Shown here: positions 63,534 to 64,000 of the stretch, piece by piece
How positions within the stretch are numbered: the stretch's first letter is position 1
Layout: each line of letters opens with the position of its first letter
Source: Somniosus microcephalus
Lineage: Eukaryota
Assembly: GCA_052327205.1 (NCBI GenBank)
Contig: CM126220.1
Coordinates: forward strand, 33,852,001-33,916,000
Direction of reading: 5' to 3'
DNA length: 64,000 bases
Program-made: the position numbers and the translations under genes
Notes under the pieces: model-generated
Databases searched by the model: none
The model's input: only the letters and a program-made list of their open reading frames with translations
What the model was told of the DNA's origin: nothing

Positions 63534-64000
63534 TCTATATATAAAGCGGCTCTTCTGTCTGTCTGTCCCGATGTCTGTCTGTCTGTCCGTCCGCCTGGTC
63601 GCTATACGTTTGGAAGTTAGAGCGTACCGACGCGCGCGTCGCCTCAAAAGAAAGCTTGCGATTCCGGACCAGTCATAGGCGTATTTACGTTTCGGCCGGA
63701 CAAAAATCCCGCCCGCGGTATCCCAAAAACGTTCAGCGTTCCGCTCATTAGCGACCGTGTGACGTCGAGGTCTTCCTACAGTTGAGTGTCGAGTGACTCG
63801 ACGATTGACCAATCCTACGCTTCGGTGACCTGACCGGTCGACCAATCGGTGCGTGTGTGGGCGGGCCTTATCCTTCTGAACCGAGGTGAGTGGCCGCCAT
63901 CTTGATTTTCCACGATTTCCCCCCCCCCCCACTTTGTGTGTTAGGGAACTACGGTAAATATTTCAATTATGTGTTAGGCAATTAATTAACAATTTATTTG
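63534..64000 (+). mobile_element. Probable non-autonomous Helitron, 5' part
   Basis: A|TCTATATATAAAG start followed by (CTGT)n microsatellites and CpG-rich hairpins; 3' hairpin/CTAG end not in window. Confidence 0.5.

Overview
Vertebrate genomic DNA; the repeat landscape (CR1/HER1-type LINEs, HE1-like and Deu-domain SINEs, Penelope-like elements, Harbinger MITEs) points to a cartilaginous fish (inference, species not determinable). Two genes lie on the minus strand in the order known from human chr22q12. EWSR1: coding exons equivalent to human exons 3-17 were reconstructed by hand at 63014..40087 with GT-AG boundaries and a continuous frame; exons 1-2 lie beyond the window. GAS2L1: only the first coding exon (CH domain, 21272..20661) is present, followed by a >20 kb intron. 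Intervening DNA is dense with mobile elements, including a near-intact pogo/Tigger DD32D transposon with one frameshift and modular ends, a decayed two-ORF Harbinger, and a probable Helitron 5' end. Most notable observations: (i) Penelope-like tails carrying minimal hammerhead-ribozyme motifs, one with an intact core; (ii) a patchwork insertion at ~14.4-14.6 kb copied from two local donors in opposite orientations; (iii) a candidate poison exon in EWSR1 intron 8; (iv) Pro/Ala/Gln expansions flanking the EWSR1 RRM. No clearly new gene family was found. Everything was read by eye without database searches, and repeat boundaries are approximate unless a TIR or TSD is cited.
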